This document shows, piece by piece, positions 13,190 to 27,795 of a stretch of 64,000 bases of DNA (its first letter is position 1; every line of letters starts with the position of its first letter). The stretch is taken from contig NC_089431.1 of NCBI RefSeq assembly GCF_026210795.1, forward strand, positions 186,001 to 250,000, read 5' to 3'. This stretch comes from Rhizophagus irregularis (taxonomy: Eukaryota). A program made the position numbers and the translations under genes. Under the pieces are notes generated by a model. The model was not told the DNA's origin, did not search any database, and saw only the letters and a program-made list of their open reading frames with translations.

Positions 13190-13602
13190 CAGTGTTGCCC
13201 GTTTGGCCGTTTGGTCATGGCCAAAATGGCCAAATTTAAATTTTGGCCAGCCAAAAATCAGCCAAAATATTTATATATTTAAATAAAGTAAATAATAAGA
13301 TTTAATAGCTTTAAAATTTTCTGGTAGTATTTCAATAAAAGGTTTACAATTAAATGACATTTTTAATATATTGTTTGTATTTTAGATGTAAGACAACATA
13401 ATTTTTAACGTTATATTAAGATTATTTGCCAGTTTGGCCATTTTGGCCAATTGGCCATCAGCAAAATCGGCCAAATCGGCCAAAAAAAAATTTGGCTACG
13501 GCCAATTCCAATAGCATTTTGGCCGCTAATTTTGGCCGTTGCCCTTGGCTGATGGCCAACGGCCAAATAAATTAGCTTGGCCGCGGCCAAATGCCAACAC
13601 TG
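13190..13602. mobile_element. hAT-like MITE with TGGCCA subterminal repeats
   Basis: Termini CAGTGTTG / CAACACTG; dense TTGGCC/GGCCAA motifs at both ends around an AT-rich core; TSD imperfect (AATTATAG vs ATATAG). Confidence 0.75.
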
Positions 13603-14099
13603 ATATAGAAGCTACGTATATATTTGTTATATTTATTATCATTTTAAATCTAAGATAAAATAAAAGTAAAATTGTAAAACCTATTCATTTGAATGAAATT
13701 AAGCGATTATGGGTCACGAGACATTTCACATTACCTCAAATTTACTATTGTTTTTTCCCAATCTTCTTTAATCGACTAATTATTTCATAAACAGGTCTTA
13801 AAATAGATGTACATAGTTTGATTAACCCAAATTTGATATAAAGTTATAAACAAGAGGATTTTTATTTTTTTATTTTTATTTTTAAAATCCACGTGAACTA
13901 GACTACAGAAAGATAGACAAGAACAAAAGATAAAACAAAAGTCAAACGCTATCTAATACTAAGCTATAATCAAACCGCCCAAGGACGGCGCCACTCTGGT
14001 ATATAAAACGAAACAAGGGTGGGTCCCAATTACGACACCAATCCCGAAAAAAACCAAATAACAGGCTAAAGGACTAAGTTCTAGGTGGATTATGTGAGT

Positions 14100-17000
14100 C
14101 TAAAAAGGATTGAACTGGCGAAAACTGATCTAAATTAAACAAGAGACTATCTCTATATGACTCCCAAGTACCACTATGTAAAAAATTACAAGTCGTCCAT
14201 CTTATACAAGCGGACACGTCAATATTGACTAGTTGTTTAAAATAAGGAAGAACTTTGTTATGATAGTAACGAGTATATTGGTGGCGGCGTCGAAACGGAA
14301 CTACGAGAGGCGTTTCATCCGCTGGTAAAGGTGGTTGAGGGCGAGAGGGTGTTTTATTCTTTCGATAATTTTCTTCTTTTTGAGCGTGATGTTAAGGCTT
14401 TTTTCCCACTGTTTAAATGAGCGGGAGCGTGATGACCAAGTTAAGGTAGTTAATTCAGAAATAAAATCAGCTACAAATCCAATTAGGAAACGCGAACGTT
14501 CGCTTTGTTTACTGAAGTAGTTATCAAAAAATACTGTGAGATCTCGAGGGATCAAGTGATGTAGTAACAAAATCCACGGTTGTTCACGCGGAATACGGAT
14601 TGGAGTATTAGGATCAGCCTGCCGTGCTGAGTCTAGAATATCTGGAAGTAACTTGAACATATGTGAGTTGTTAATTCTTGATTCTATATCGAACGAGAAA
14701 CTACTGGTGTGTTCGACCTTAATAAGGTCGATTAATTTTTGTTTAAATTTTGTTAAAAGTATGTCGATGGCGCTTCGATGAGCAGGGCATAAGCCTATAT
14801 GTGAATTAGTGTCTTCGTCGAAAGAGCTTTCAGTACAATGGATTCGTCCAAAAGGGTAAAGATCTGGATAATTGCGTTGTAATATATTGCCGGTAGGGTA
14901 ATTGAAAGTAGATTTTTTAATTTTAGACGATTGGATATTTCATAGTTTCGATGATGTAGGTGTATCCGTTGGATTATAATTGATCCAATGTTTGGTATAA
15001 TACCAATCTATATCTCCATGTGTAATTTGATGATTAATAGGAGACAGCGAACTATTATTCACGGCCATATTAAAAATGCGCGACTGAATAGGCGTATTAG
15101 CCCATTTGCGAACATTATGATCAATAATATATAAATGGTTGTAGTTGAATAAAGCCAACGAACTTTGTTGAAAGAATTTGTGATTTATCAATATCAGGTC
15201 TACCGATAGTCGGCCTTCTTTAGCGAGAGCATCAGCTTGATCATTGCCTTTGATGTTACTATGTCCTTTAACTTTAACGAGATGTACCGTTAAGTAGTGA
15301 TGGGAAATTAACCAACTGATCAAATCCCAAATTAAGAAATTATTTTGTTTGAGCCTACGACGTGGACTAATAGTGGGTGAAGTAGTCTTTAATTAAAAAT
15401 ATCTATGCAGTTTTGAGAATCTGTATATATGTGGCAGGTAGCATTAAAGGGTAAAACTAATAAAATTGTTAAAATGGCTAAACTTTCACTCTTAAACGAG
15501 GAAGGAAAAAATATAGATGAACCATTAAAAGATAATTGAGGGATTAATGGGTTGGTTTGTAACCAACCAAAACCAGATTTACTGTTAATTGTACCTATAT
15601 CGGAGACGGAACCGTCTGAATAAAATTCAAAATTAGTAAAAGGTAAAAATTTTTTGGCTATATCAATAAGGGATAATTTGATAGAATCTATACATAAAAG
15701 GGCAGATTGAATGGGTAAAATTAATTGATTAATAATATCATCATTTACAGATGAAGGTGAATTAGCGGACAAGGACGTATGAGTAGGAGTGATAGTATTA
15801 ATATTATGTTGAGCTAAATATATACTATGTGCACTATGTCTAATAAAATGTAATGGTTTAGTACTGACGAAATATTTTTTTAAAAGAAGGTTTGCGTATT
15901 TTTTATGTTCTTGATTTGAGCGATGAAATATATTAAAAACTGATAAACGAATTGTACGAATAGATATTGAACATTTAATACGGACGTCTAGTAAAACTAA
16001 ACTATTATCATTTAAATGACAACCCGTACAAGGAATTAAAATTAAAGGTGATGACCGTAACGGTTGGGATGAGGAATCATTCACTAATAAGGAATTATTA
16101 ATAGGGATATAATGTTCCATGGTACTAATAGAACTATGTGTATCAGTATCTTGTACATATGTTTTTCCAATAACGCAATTTTGTATACTAGCGTTCCAAT
16201 GGTATGTCCATTCATTATGTTTTTTATGACTACCTGATGAGCGTACTGGAATATTTTGTAAACGCGTAGGAATGGAGTAATTATCAGTAAGTGGGTATGT
16301 TAACGTACGGTAATTACTTAAGGTGAAATCATTTTCTAGTAGTTTGAACCACTTTGGTTTAGGTCCTTTGAAGTTGTTGTTATTAAGTCTTTTAACTTCA
16401 TTCCAAGTTAAAAGGTAGTTGCCATCGGGCGAAACTAGTTGATCCAGATACATAATTCGTTTATTACGTAACGATTTATAATCATTTGACGATAAGTCTG
16501 GTAAATAATCCACTATGGGTGTATGTCCACCAATGATACCATAACTAACAGTGAGGTCTAGGTGAATTTGGTATTGTTCTAACAACGCTAGACTTCTTGA
16601 CAAATAGCTGGGTGTCGAAATTTTCCCTATATATTTATTGATATCTTGAGGTATACCCAGGTACCATAGTTCTTGTGTTAATATATCCAATTTTTGTATT
16701 GCTATCGGTCTTAAGGTGTCAGTATTAAATAAAGCCAACAACGAGTTAGTTTGTGACTTAACTAACAAATCCAATAAATTATCGATATGAGGAAACATAT
16801 TATTATAAATAATATTATCCGCCGTATTTAACGGTAGCGAAAAAAATTTTTTGAATAATTTTTTAAGTGGAACCACTAATTTTTGAGCCTGTGTATAATT
16901 TAAAATAGTATGTTGGAAAAGATATTCCAACTTAGGAAATATAACTCTATTAATGATATATATGGCGTGTGAATGTGTGATTTTTTTGTTTCTCATTGTA

Positions 17001-19568
17001 ATCACGTGAGCCATGATGATAGAACGTGCTTTGATTAAGGTTTGGTGATGTCTGTCTAAAGGATTGATATATAAACCTAGAATTCTTGTGCCCTTATATT
17101 TCGGGACGATTTCTACTTCCGTTTGTCGTCCATTGATCGTGAGTTGGATATTTCTGATGTTATCCGTTAATTTTTGATTCGTTAAAATCTTATATTTATC
17201 GATATTCACTTTGATTTTCGCCATGTCATAAAAGGAATGTGCAATGTCTAGTTTCAATTCAAGTTTTTCTAAAGACGGGCTAAACCAAGTGGTGTCGTCA
17301 AGGTAGCCTACTAATGATAACTCATAACTATGAGTTATATCTAAGTGTTTTTGGTATATGTTCTTAATTTTTTTTGTGTCACATTTATACGCTAGGTTTG
17401 ATAGTTTGTTAATGTGGCTGAATAGAGGGTCGTAATAGATATTCCATAGTAGCGGTGAAATAACTTCACCTTGATCTATACCTTGTAAGACCTTGTAAGG
17501 TGCTAAATTACCATTTGGTAGGATGATAGAATTATATCTATTAGAAAATAAATTGATGATAAAAGTTATGATTTTTGACGGAATTTTAATACGTTGTAGC
17601 GCTAGTCGTAATAGCGCTATATCTACTCTATCATAAGCTTTTGATAGGTCTTGAATTGCTATCAATATTGGGTTTTTGAATATTCTTGCATGTTCGATTA
17701 AATGTTGAATTTGAAAAAGTGGTTCTAAGCATGATTGACCTAGAACACCAGCTCTATTATTGAACTGTAAGATATTGTATTTTGCTAGAGTTTCATTTAA
17801 TCTTCGTGAAAAGACTGAAACCATCAGTTTTCTAGGAGTTTCTAAGAGTGTGATTGGACGAGTGTTAGAAAGATTACTATCCCAGTCGTGTGGTTTTGGT
17901 ATAGGGAATAGTAAAGCGTCACGCCATTTTGATGGTATTGTGTCTAAGTGAATACATAAATTAAAAATAAGTGTTAAAAGTTCGAGCACATCTGGATGAA
18001 GATGTTTCAAGTCTTCATAGGTAATTTGTGATGGACCAGGGGCCTTGTTTGAAGGGGAATCTTTAAGGATATGCATTACATCAGTAATCTCTATTTTCTG
18101 TTGGAGTAAGTTCCAGCAATTATTGTCTATGGAATTGTTACTGGGATCATATATATCACTCCACGGCATTGGTAAATCATTAAGAGAGTTATAAATTAAC
18201 GGGTTTTCATGTTTTCCTATATTTTGATAATGTTTGATGGCTTCTTTTTCTATAATTTTTGGATTATTAGTAAATATAGTTTGATCGTTATCGTCTTTAA
18301 AAATGAGCCGATCCAAAGTGATTCGTCTGGGTTTACGCTGTAATATGGAATTGATCATTCTTGTTTGATTGGTAGATAAATCAAAATTTCTTTGATTAAT
18401 GAAATGGTCAATTCTTTCTACTTTCCATTGTGATAATAGGTCGTCCCTTTTTTGTTTTAAATGATTATATAATTTGTAAATTTCACTTTTTTGTGCATAA
18501 AAAATTTCTTTTGTAATATAATGTCTTAAGATTATATCATGATCATTTGATTTGGCGATCTGGTTAATTCGATCACGAATGGTTGTCCAATTTTTAAAAT
18601 AAACATTCCAGATCTCATCTGGAATTAAAGATAAAAGTAGTGAATTGTCTTCTGGTTTTTCTAATTTATTTCTAATATACATGTGTTTAAGATTAAGATA
18701 TTGTTTGATTTTATATATAGAAATCACGTGATTATTAAGTTGTCGTATGTATAACGGGTATAGATGATTAAAAGTCTTGGAATGGACTTTTTTAGTCGGA
18801 ATTATTAAATTTTTGATATGCTGTATACTGTGTTCAAATATATTCCAAGCATGGTCTAAATCTTCTTGTGATGTAATATTTTCAATATCAATATATCGAA
18901 ATCGATTTTTAAAATATGACTTTGATTGAACTTCATAATCATCCCATAAATCTTCATTCATCATGGAGTAATTAGGTTTGTTTTTAATATCATTACAGTG
19001 GTGATTGTTAGATAATTTAGTTGGTTTGAATAGATCGTTTTGTAATAATGTAATGACAGCTTCGTGGTCGCTAGTAAAATGTGAAGGTGGTATTGTTTGT
19101 GTGAACGTGTGGATTGACCCGTTCAAAATGTTATTGTTTCCAAATATGTAATCTATTCTATGTGATATTCTTGTAATTTCTGGGGCGTGATTGATGGCGT
19201 GATATTTCGCCATGTCTTTAAAACCTTTCAATTTAGCGGTTTGAATTATATGATAATTTAGGTTTGTTTTTTCTTTAGGGTAACAATTAAGATCGCCCAT
19301 GATTATGTCATAATTCTTGTAATTATCATCAGAGCAGTTACGTGATCTAAGTAATTGGTCAATAAATTGATTACAATCTCTTTTGATAGGGTTGGTTTGT
19401 TTGTCTCTTCCTGCCGGTAAGTATAGACACATAATATTCAATGTGTGGTTTCGTTTGAATCCTAATTTTATATTTGGGACACGTCCTTTGTGAAATCTAA
19501 TTTCATGTACGTGTTGGTATAAAGTGCTAGTGAGCATAATCCCTACTCCAGATCCTTTGTTGTCACCA
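14100..19568 (-). pseudogene. LINE ORF2, main part: AP-endonuclease C-terminal half, reverse transcriptase, RNase H, C-terminal Cys/His region
   Basis: APE motifs GSGVGIM, MGDLN, RIDYIF, SDHEAV. RT motifs KAPGPS, RPITLLE, DLSKAYD, QGEVISPLLW, YLDD. RNase H motifs FYSDGS, YTDSQ, KVKGHS..GNDQADALAK. Frameshift near 15390, stop at 14940, further disruption in the last few hundred bases. Confidence 0.93.
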
Positions 19569-19682
19569 CACTGGTCGAAATCAAAAAAATCGGACATATG
19601 GAAAATCAGCTAAAAATCAGACCAAAATCGACTGACATTACAAATTGGCACATCTGATTGATGCCAATCGGACAATTTAATG

Positions 19683-20245
19683 AAAATCCAGAAAAAAATC
19701 ATCATATTTGATTGACGGCTGATTGATGCTAGTTGAAATCAAAAAAAAAATCAGACAAATGGCAAATCAACCTAAAATTTGCCCAATATTCAAATATGTA
19801 CTTCCAATTTATGGAAAATTGACAATTCAATAAAAATTCAATAAAAATTCGATAAAAATCCAGAAAAAAATCATTATATTTGATTGACGGCTGATTGATG
19901 CTGGTTGAAATCAAAAAAAAATCAGACAAATGGCAAATCAACCTAAAATTTGCCCAATATTCAAATATGTACTTCCAATTTATGGAAAATTGACAATTCA
20001 ATAAAAATTCAATAAAAATTCAATAAAAATCCAGAAAAAAATCATTATATTTGATTGACGGCTGATTGATGCTGGTTGAAATCAAAAAAAAATCAGACAA
20101 AATGACAAATCAACCTAAAATTTACCCAATATTCAAATATGTACTTCCGATTTATGGAAAATTGATAATTCAATAAAAATTCAATAAAAATTCGATAAAA
20201 ATTCGGCAAAAAATCATTATATTTGATTGACGGCTGATTGATACA
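19683..20245. repeat. Left subterminal tandem repeat of the CACTA element, ~172-bp unit, about 3 copies
   Basis: aaaatccagaaaaaaatcat...ttgattgacggctgattgat recurs at 19683, 19855, 20026 and ~20200. Confidence 0.85.
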
Positions 20246-20375
20246 AAAAAAGTCATCAAAATTAACTTTTGAAAAACATGATTTGTCATTAAAATTCAGA
20301 AATTCGGAAAAATCAACACCAAATTTATAGTCAATTACTCAATTTATTATAAATTTTTGTCTAAAACTTATAAGT

Positions 20376-23300
20376 TTATAATTGGTATTTTCTACTAATT
20401 GGATTTACGGCTAAATACTCTCTTGCATTTTGCCGGTTTGAGATTTGGTAACTTACTGGTACAAATCTACCTAAAATATGATGCACAGGTATTATACAAT
20501 CACGACTTATTGGATAAAATTCGGTATTCCACAACTCAACATTACAAATTTCATCACTGCTGAAATAGTATCGAATATTGGTTGAATTTGCGTGTTTATA
20601 CCAACGAACGTATGCTAGAAAATGTTCGACGGGACCATCTGGAAAGTCTACTACGTGAGTAAAATAATACTGAATTTGACCTGGGTAGGTGTCGACATCT
20701 TCATCATCCGTAATAAATTTCGCTAAGACGTACGAACTTTTTACATGTCTTAACGATAATGATGATCCAAAGACTTCTGAACCAATCCGACACCTTCCGA
20801 ATTGGTTAATTTTGACCCTAATTATTATATCGTTATCTAAACCTTCTACAAGAGGCCTCCAAAATCCAAATGATTCGTAAGTCACATTGTAATATTCGGC
20901 CATTAAATTTAACATTTCACTTGAAAGTAGTATATTATGAGATACCGGCTTAAGAAATTCACCTGGGAAGCCTTCTTTGCCAGAAATCTGTGAATCTTTA
21001 ATATTTTGTGAATTCAGCCAAAATCGATGCATCTCATCTGACGAAAATTCATCAGTAACTGAAAGGAACCCGATAGTACGCTGACTGTTTAGCAATTCAA
21101 GACCTTTTACTTCGATACCTGAACTTATGATATTTTCGATTTGTTTATCAAACATTAATCGACGCATAAGTTCAGACTCAATTTTCCTGTTGCTGTTTGG
21201 TAACGAACCTAAAAGTGCGAAATCAATAAATTATAAGCTAATATTGAAATCGTTAAAATCGTTAAAAAATCGTTAACGGATATTTACCTAAAATACCGTT
21301 CATACGTTCGAAAGAGAAACACCAGAACGCATATAATGGTCCATAATCAAATGAGCAATCACGCAAATGCAGAGAAAGATGAAGATTCGGTGTGATCTTA
21401 TCTCTGCCGTGGTGATTCTCAATGAGCTTGACTATTTCGATAAGACTTCTATGGGCTTCATCCACCAAATTAGATTCTAGAATCCGATTTACCAAAATCG
21501 AACAAACCCTGACAAAATGATTCAGGATTCTTCTATCTACGTCTGAAAGGTGTTCCCAAAGTGATACAGTTGAATAAATTGTAAAGAATATTCGCCACTG
21601 ATCGGCCGTAAAATTGGTGAATCCCTCTCCACTATGAATTTTTCCTGGAATTCGACCTAAATCGGATGGTATCTGAAACTCGTCCATCTTTTTCTGAATT
21701 TTGTTCAAAGAATTTGGTGTCAAAATACCCCCATCAATCCAAATTCGTTTTACTATCCACTTCGCAATGCCCAGAAATAAGCAATGCATTGGATCGACTG
21801 TAATAAATCTAATAGGGTCAAAATATGATAGACGCAACAATTCGGACCATCTAACGCCAGTTTCTTTGACGAAGCGCTTTCTAGCAGCGTCTGAGTTGCA
21901 TCTTCGCCAACCTAGTGCGTTTTGCCGGTACTCATTTGAATCTCGAGCAGAATACCCTACATCATCCATTCCAGCAAAATTATGCTGCCCATTTTCATAA
22001 TTTGCTTTTTTCTCACACCTGTGACATGAAACTAAGGCAGAAACATGACCGCAAATTTTTCTTGCGGCGGGAATGTCACATGATACTAAGATTAAAGCGC
22101 CACGAACTCTCTTTCCATTTTCGCATTCATAAGTACGATTTAGTGTTAACCCAGCCCAGAGTGTTTCCAATTCGTTAACTATTGGTGCTAAATAGTGGTT
22201 CACTTTATGTAGGCTGACCTTCTTTGGCCCAGGTAAAATGCCGAGAGTCAATAAATTTTCACGTCTAAATCGGATATCGCGTGGCAAATTGCATATAGCG
22301 GCGTATATGACACCGATACTATAAATGGTACTATCATATGGCTGAAACCAATCAAGATTCAGCATCAAGCCAAGATGAGAATCGGCCACTTCGCTTCTGA
22401 AAAAATTTGGCGAATCTTCATTGTCCGATTCTTTAAAATTCTTCCACACTTGCCCATCATATATATCGGTCAAAATATTATCAAAATTCGACCGATTAGC
22501 CCAATGTCGGAGAGAATTTTCAAACCCAGGCCGACAAAACATAGTGGCAAGTTGTTGATTGATTCCAGCAAACGGATACATTAAATTAGGTCGTATTATT
22601 GTTTGATTTGTCGATGCGCTAATTTTTTCAGACAATGCCGTATTGCAAAGACGTGATCTGCAAACTGAAGAATTGGGAAATTCTATGTGTTGACATTTCA
22701 TTATAGCAGGATTGTCCTCTTGTTTGAAATCTACCACTTCCTCTTTTTTATACAATTTGTGACATTTCGGACAAGGTACAAAACTATGAAATTGGTCATT
22801 TAATCCAAGCTTCTTTCTTGTTAAGTAAAGCGAATCTGGGAAATCATTAAAATTGTCACTACTGAACTCACACAGGGCCAATTTCATAAATTTTATTAGA
22901 GTCTCAGTAGCTGTCTCTGCGATATTGAATCTTGTTCGAAAGTTCATTATCCAAAGTAAAATCCATAAAAATCGATCATAATTCGATTCTAAATATGGTG
23001 GGTTTTGAAATGGTTCATAACTAGGTGGTGAATAGTCTTCAAAAATTTCAGAAATTCCAGAAATTGGATCATTATCTGATTCACTGCCTATAGACAATGT
23101 ATCACTGTAGATATCTTCCTCTGTAGTATATTCGGATGATGATGAATCTTCTGGATCTTCTGAAATTTCCGGACGATTTGTATACTTTCTTGCACGTTGT
23201 CGAGGTAAGAAGTTAAATTCGACATCTTGATGTTCATCATCAACATCATCTTGATTACTGTTATCTGATTTTTCCGATTCTTGTCTAATAGATTCGTCAA

Positions 23301-23633
23301 TCATTCGTCCAGCTGAAGCGGGTATTGATGTTTCACCTATTTCAAGTTGACGAACTTGAGACGAAATTGTACCTTGCGAATCTTGGTATTCTTGATGTCT
23401 AGAATCGTGAATTTCTTTTGTGCGAGAATCCACCAAGTTGCCATCACAATCAGGACAATTACAAACTACTAGTTTTCTTTTATTACTTGTTGGTCTAGCA
23501 GAAGATACTATTTCTTCGTTTATTATACCAGAAATTGATCTATTTCTTTACGAGTAGAAGATGGCTGATTTGAAGGTGATTCTTCATCATCAAGATCGTC
23601 AAGTATACTAGAGACTGACCTTTTTCTGCTCAT
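20376..23633 (-). pseudogene. CACTA transposase (Transposase_21/Tnp2-like), two exons, frameshift near the 5' end
   Basis: Motifs DIYDGQVW, LNLDWFQP, AICNLP, ILPGP, CDIPAARK, DPMHCLFLG, PNLHLSLHL, DYGPLYAFWCFSFERMNGILG. Intron 21209-21287 (GTAAAT...TTTTAG) joins ILG-SLPNSNRKIE. The ATG at 23633 needs one frameshift near 23550 to reach CNCPDC..VDSRT. Confidence 0.9.
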
Positions 23634-24189
23634 TTGTTTAGTATTTGAATAAGTTTAATGAGTTTGGCAAAATCCAAATTTGTAAAAAGGCCGATTTTTA
23701 TAAAATTTGGAATAACACAAAATTTGTATAATTTGTATGTATAATTAATGTAATCCTGGCTTCTATGATTATTTCAATAATTTTTTAGGATTTAATATTT
23801 TTTTTTCGCAAATTTGGCAATTTTATATAATAAATTTGCGAATTTTCTAATTAATATACTTTTAAAAATTGCAATATGATTTAAGCTTATTTTACAATAA
23901 AAAGCTTATTTTTAAAATAAAAAGCTTATTTTTAATAAAAAGCTTATTTTTAAAATAAAAAGCTTATTTTATTTTAAAATAACTTTTATTTACAAGATAA
24001 TCACTTTATCATCCCTTTATCATTTTCGGATGCCAAACAAACCTTATCAAAAGAAACTGTAAATTTTAGCGAAAGTTGAAAAGTAACAATTTTGTATTAA
24101 TCGAAGTGGTATTGCTATAATAACAATATATTTTCGATTTTACTGCAAATTTCGACAAAGTATAACTTGCCGCATTAAAGTATATCAAA

Positions 24190-25030
24190 TTTTAACGCAG
24201 TAGAACGCTAACAATTTTCGTAATTTTAATTTATTTGTCTTTTTAATTATGATTTATAATTGATTTTTCAATCGAGAAATCAACGCAGAACGCTAACGAT
24301 TTTCTTATTAATTAATTGATTTGTCTTTTTAATTATGATTTATAGTTGATTTTTCAATCGAGAAATCAACGCAGTAGAACGCTAACGATTTTCTTATTAA
24401 TTAATTGATTTGTCTTTTTTAATTATGATTTATAGTTGATTTTCCTCGAGAAATCAACGCAGTAGAACGCTAACGATTTTCGTAATTTTAATTTATTTGT
24501 CTTTTTTAATTATGATTTATAGTTGATTTTTCAATCGAGAAATCAACGCAATAGGACGCTAACGATTTTCTTATTAATTAATTTATTTGATTTTTTAATT
24601 ATGATTTATAGTTGATTTTCCAATCAAGAATTCAACGCAGTAGAACGCTAACGATTTTCTTATTAATTAATTTATTTGATTTTTTAATTATGATTTATAG
24701 TTGATTTTCCTCGAGAAATCAACGCAATAGGACGCTAACGATTTTCTTATTAATTAATTTATTTGATTTTTAAATTATGATTTATAGTTGATTTTTCAAT
24801 CGAGAAATCAACGCAATAGGACGCTAACGATTTTCTTATTAATTAATTTATTTGATTTTTTAATTATGATTTATAGTTGATTTTCCTCGAGAAATCAACG
24901 CAGTAGAACGCTAACGATTTTCGTAATTTTAATTTATTTGTCTTTTTTAATTATGATTTATAGTTGATTTTTCAATCGAGAAATCAACGCAGTAGAACGC
25001 TAACGATTTTCTTATTAATTAATTGATGAT
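24190..25030. repeat. ~88-bp tandem repeat, about 10 copies, between the two divergent CACTA genes
   Basis: aacgca(g/a)tag(a/g)acgctaacgattttc recurs at ~24194, 24282, 24368, 24456, 24545, 24634, 24721, 24810, 24897, 24986. Confidence 0.9.
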
Positions 25031-25053
25031 TTTTAAATTTATAAATAGGACGA

Positions 25054-26162
25054 TGTAAACGGTCGAATATCAAGCACGGAAAGATGATAAAATTCAACCA
25101 CCAAATGTAATTATTAAATATTAAGAACGAACAAATTAATCGTGGATTGGCGTAGATGGATAAATAATTAGCCGAAAAGGATAAACATTTAGGAGGAGTA
25201 ATGATCTACATGATGTAATATTTATTGAATGATTGACAAGGAACCAATAGGATAAATAGAGTCGATCAATTGCGGCTTAGCAATCTTTAACAATAAGAAC
25301 GATAAGAAAGAATAATTATAAGCCACAAAAGATAGATTATAAGCAAAACACATAAAGCGAATTAAAAGAACATATAAAATAATGACAGAAAGATTAAAGA
25401 ACACAAAGTAATGTAAAAGATAATATAAAAAGATAGTATAAAGATGGAACGTAAAAGATAATATATTAAAAAGAACATATATAAAAAGATAGCATATTAA
25501 AAGATAGCATATTAAAAGATAGCGTATTTAAAATATAGATAGTATATTAGAAAGATAGTTCAAAGATAATATGTAAAAAGAACATAAAAGATAGTATATA
25601 GATAGAATAGAAAGTAGCATAAAAATTGTATATATAGAGAGCGGAATTCAAGGTAATTCCTTAGTTCTCATCCACAGAACTCAATAAAAATATAAGTTTT
25701 ATTTTTTAATTATTTGTTAGTAAAGTTTAATGTTAATTAAAGGTAATAGGTTCGCCCTAAACTTTAATTAATGTTTGCTTAATTAATTTTAATTGAATAA
25801 ATGGAAAGTTTAAGATGAATTAAATATACACTTCTGGAAAGTAATAATTCGTAGCGAGAGCTATCGAAGTTTGAAATTAAAGGTAAAAGTGGATATAATT
25901 TGGGAAAAATTTAGAGAAGTTAATTTTATTTTATATCGTTCGACGTTTTATATTACTAACGCTATTTATTTTGTAAACCAAGAATGTTGTATATGTTGTT
26001 GTATATTGTTCGTTGATTATATTGTTTGTTAATTATGTTGTTGATTAATTGTTCGCTCGTTTAATTGTTTGTTCGTTCGTTTATTCGTTCGTTCGACCAT
26101 GGGAATGCCCGTTCGATGTGGCAACTCTGTAATTTGATGACAGAGGGAATTGGGGGATCTCA
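25054..26162 (+). repeat. 5' LTR
   Basis: TGTAAACGGTCG...GGGGATCTCA; near-identical to 35431-36539. Confidence 0.97.
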
Positions 26163-26164
26163 TA

Positions 26165-26177
26165 TGGTGCATGCTCG
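26165..26177 (+). promoter_or_regulatory. Primer-binding site, possibly for tRNA-Gly
   Basis: TGGTGCATGCTCG lies 2 nt after the 5' LTR; TGGTGCATG is complementary to a ...CAUGCACCA tRNA 3' end. tRNA identity is inference. Confidence 0.6.
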
Positions 26178-27795
26178 CAAGAAAGGAAATGATCATCATC
26201 ACATGATTATTATTATAATGAATATGAAAATTTAATTTCGTTAGTAAGTCACTGATAGGTATTATTAATCAATATTTTATTTTTAGAATTTATTTTTAGA
26301 TTTCAGGTTTTGACGAGTTCAAAAGGAACCAATAAATCAACAAGGATTTAATCGAGTTAAAAACCTGAAAAGGTGAAAGATTGGAGTTTGTTGTTGTGCA
26401 AGTAATCACTTAATCGATAGAAAGCACAAGAATATTTCTTTCGGGAATAAAGTACCTGAGAAATTTCATAAGGAGATGGGGAAGTGAAAGATGAATTTTG
26501 AAATAAAGATTAATAATGGGAGAACACCAATGTATTATCTGGGGTTCATCTGTGTGGTATGGGTTACCTCTGAGTTTGAATTTTGGATAAATGCTCGAGA
26601 TTGGAAAATTTTTATTCTTCGACATTAAAGATTATAACGTATGGGTTACGTCAAATCTGGATACCCAGCTCAATAATGCGCAAATTGCTTTGGGGACGGG
26701 GAACGAAAATTGTAAAGACACCTACTATCAAGAAATATTGAATGGATAAAATAGGACAAACCTGTAAACTATCATGCTTTTACCCAATGGGAAAAAGATA
26801 GTGATAAGCCCAGTATAGGTCCACCAATTTGAGGAAAGATAAGTTGGTTTAGATGAGTTTTATGGATAGCTGATGACTTTTGAAACTGGATTTTGGAAGG
26901 TTAGATTCACCCGTTAAGAGACAAGTCGGCCAATGAAGGAGGAAAAATGGATACGTTGTATTGTTACAGGTCCTAGGCTACATTTCAGATGAAGGTTCCT
27001 GGTGTAGTATCCTAGTTCACGCTCTCATTACAATGTTCCGTTAAAAGAAGATAAAATAGAAGGATATTTACACATTAACGAGCCGTATAATGAACATTAC
27101 GCGCAGTATTTAATAATAGAGTAAAATCCGAAAAGAAGGACGTTGATTTAAAAGAAGGACATTTATTTAAAAGAAGAACATTTATTTGAAAAAGAATATT
27201 TATCTGAAAAGGAACATTTATTTGAAAAGAAGGACATTTATCTGAAAAGAACGACATTTTGCGTAATATAGATTAATTTACATAACATAGAATATTTAGT
27301 AAGAAGGATTTATGTGGATGATAAGAAAGATTGAAGATTCGCAAACTTTAAAAGTTATGAAAATTTTGGAGTTTGTGATATGTGAAATTATGAATCTCGG
27401 TGATGGAAGATAAATTTTAGGATGTGATATGTGTAATTATGAATCACGGTGATAGGAGATAAAATTTAGAATGTGATATGTGAGATTATGGATCTTGGTG
27501 ACAAAAGATAAACTTTGTGGCGCAGTAAAAACCTCCGCAGTCTGAGGAGATCATGGACTTAGAATAATTTTTGAAATTTTGAGGCGCAGCAAAAATTAAT
27601 AATAGAATATGGCGTAGCGAATACATAAAACTGAAAGATGGAATCTAAAGATTGAAAGAAGCAATCTATTTAAAGATAAAAGAATGTTTGGAAGATCAAA
27701 AATAGAAATGATAAGAGTGAAATATATATATATAGAGAGAGGAATCCGATTGAGATTCTGGATGGATATTTATAGCAATTTAACTAAAGCATACA

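Noticed and set aside
19729..20001. 90-aa ORF with internal duplication
   Set aside because: Translation of the 172-bp CACTA subterminal repeat.
24190..25030. CRISPR array (also considered for 39160-39800 and 48355-48790)
   Set aside because: Head-to-tail tandem repeats without unique spacers, eukaryotic context, no cas genes.
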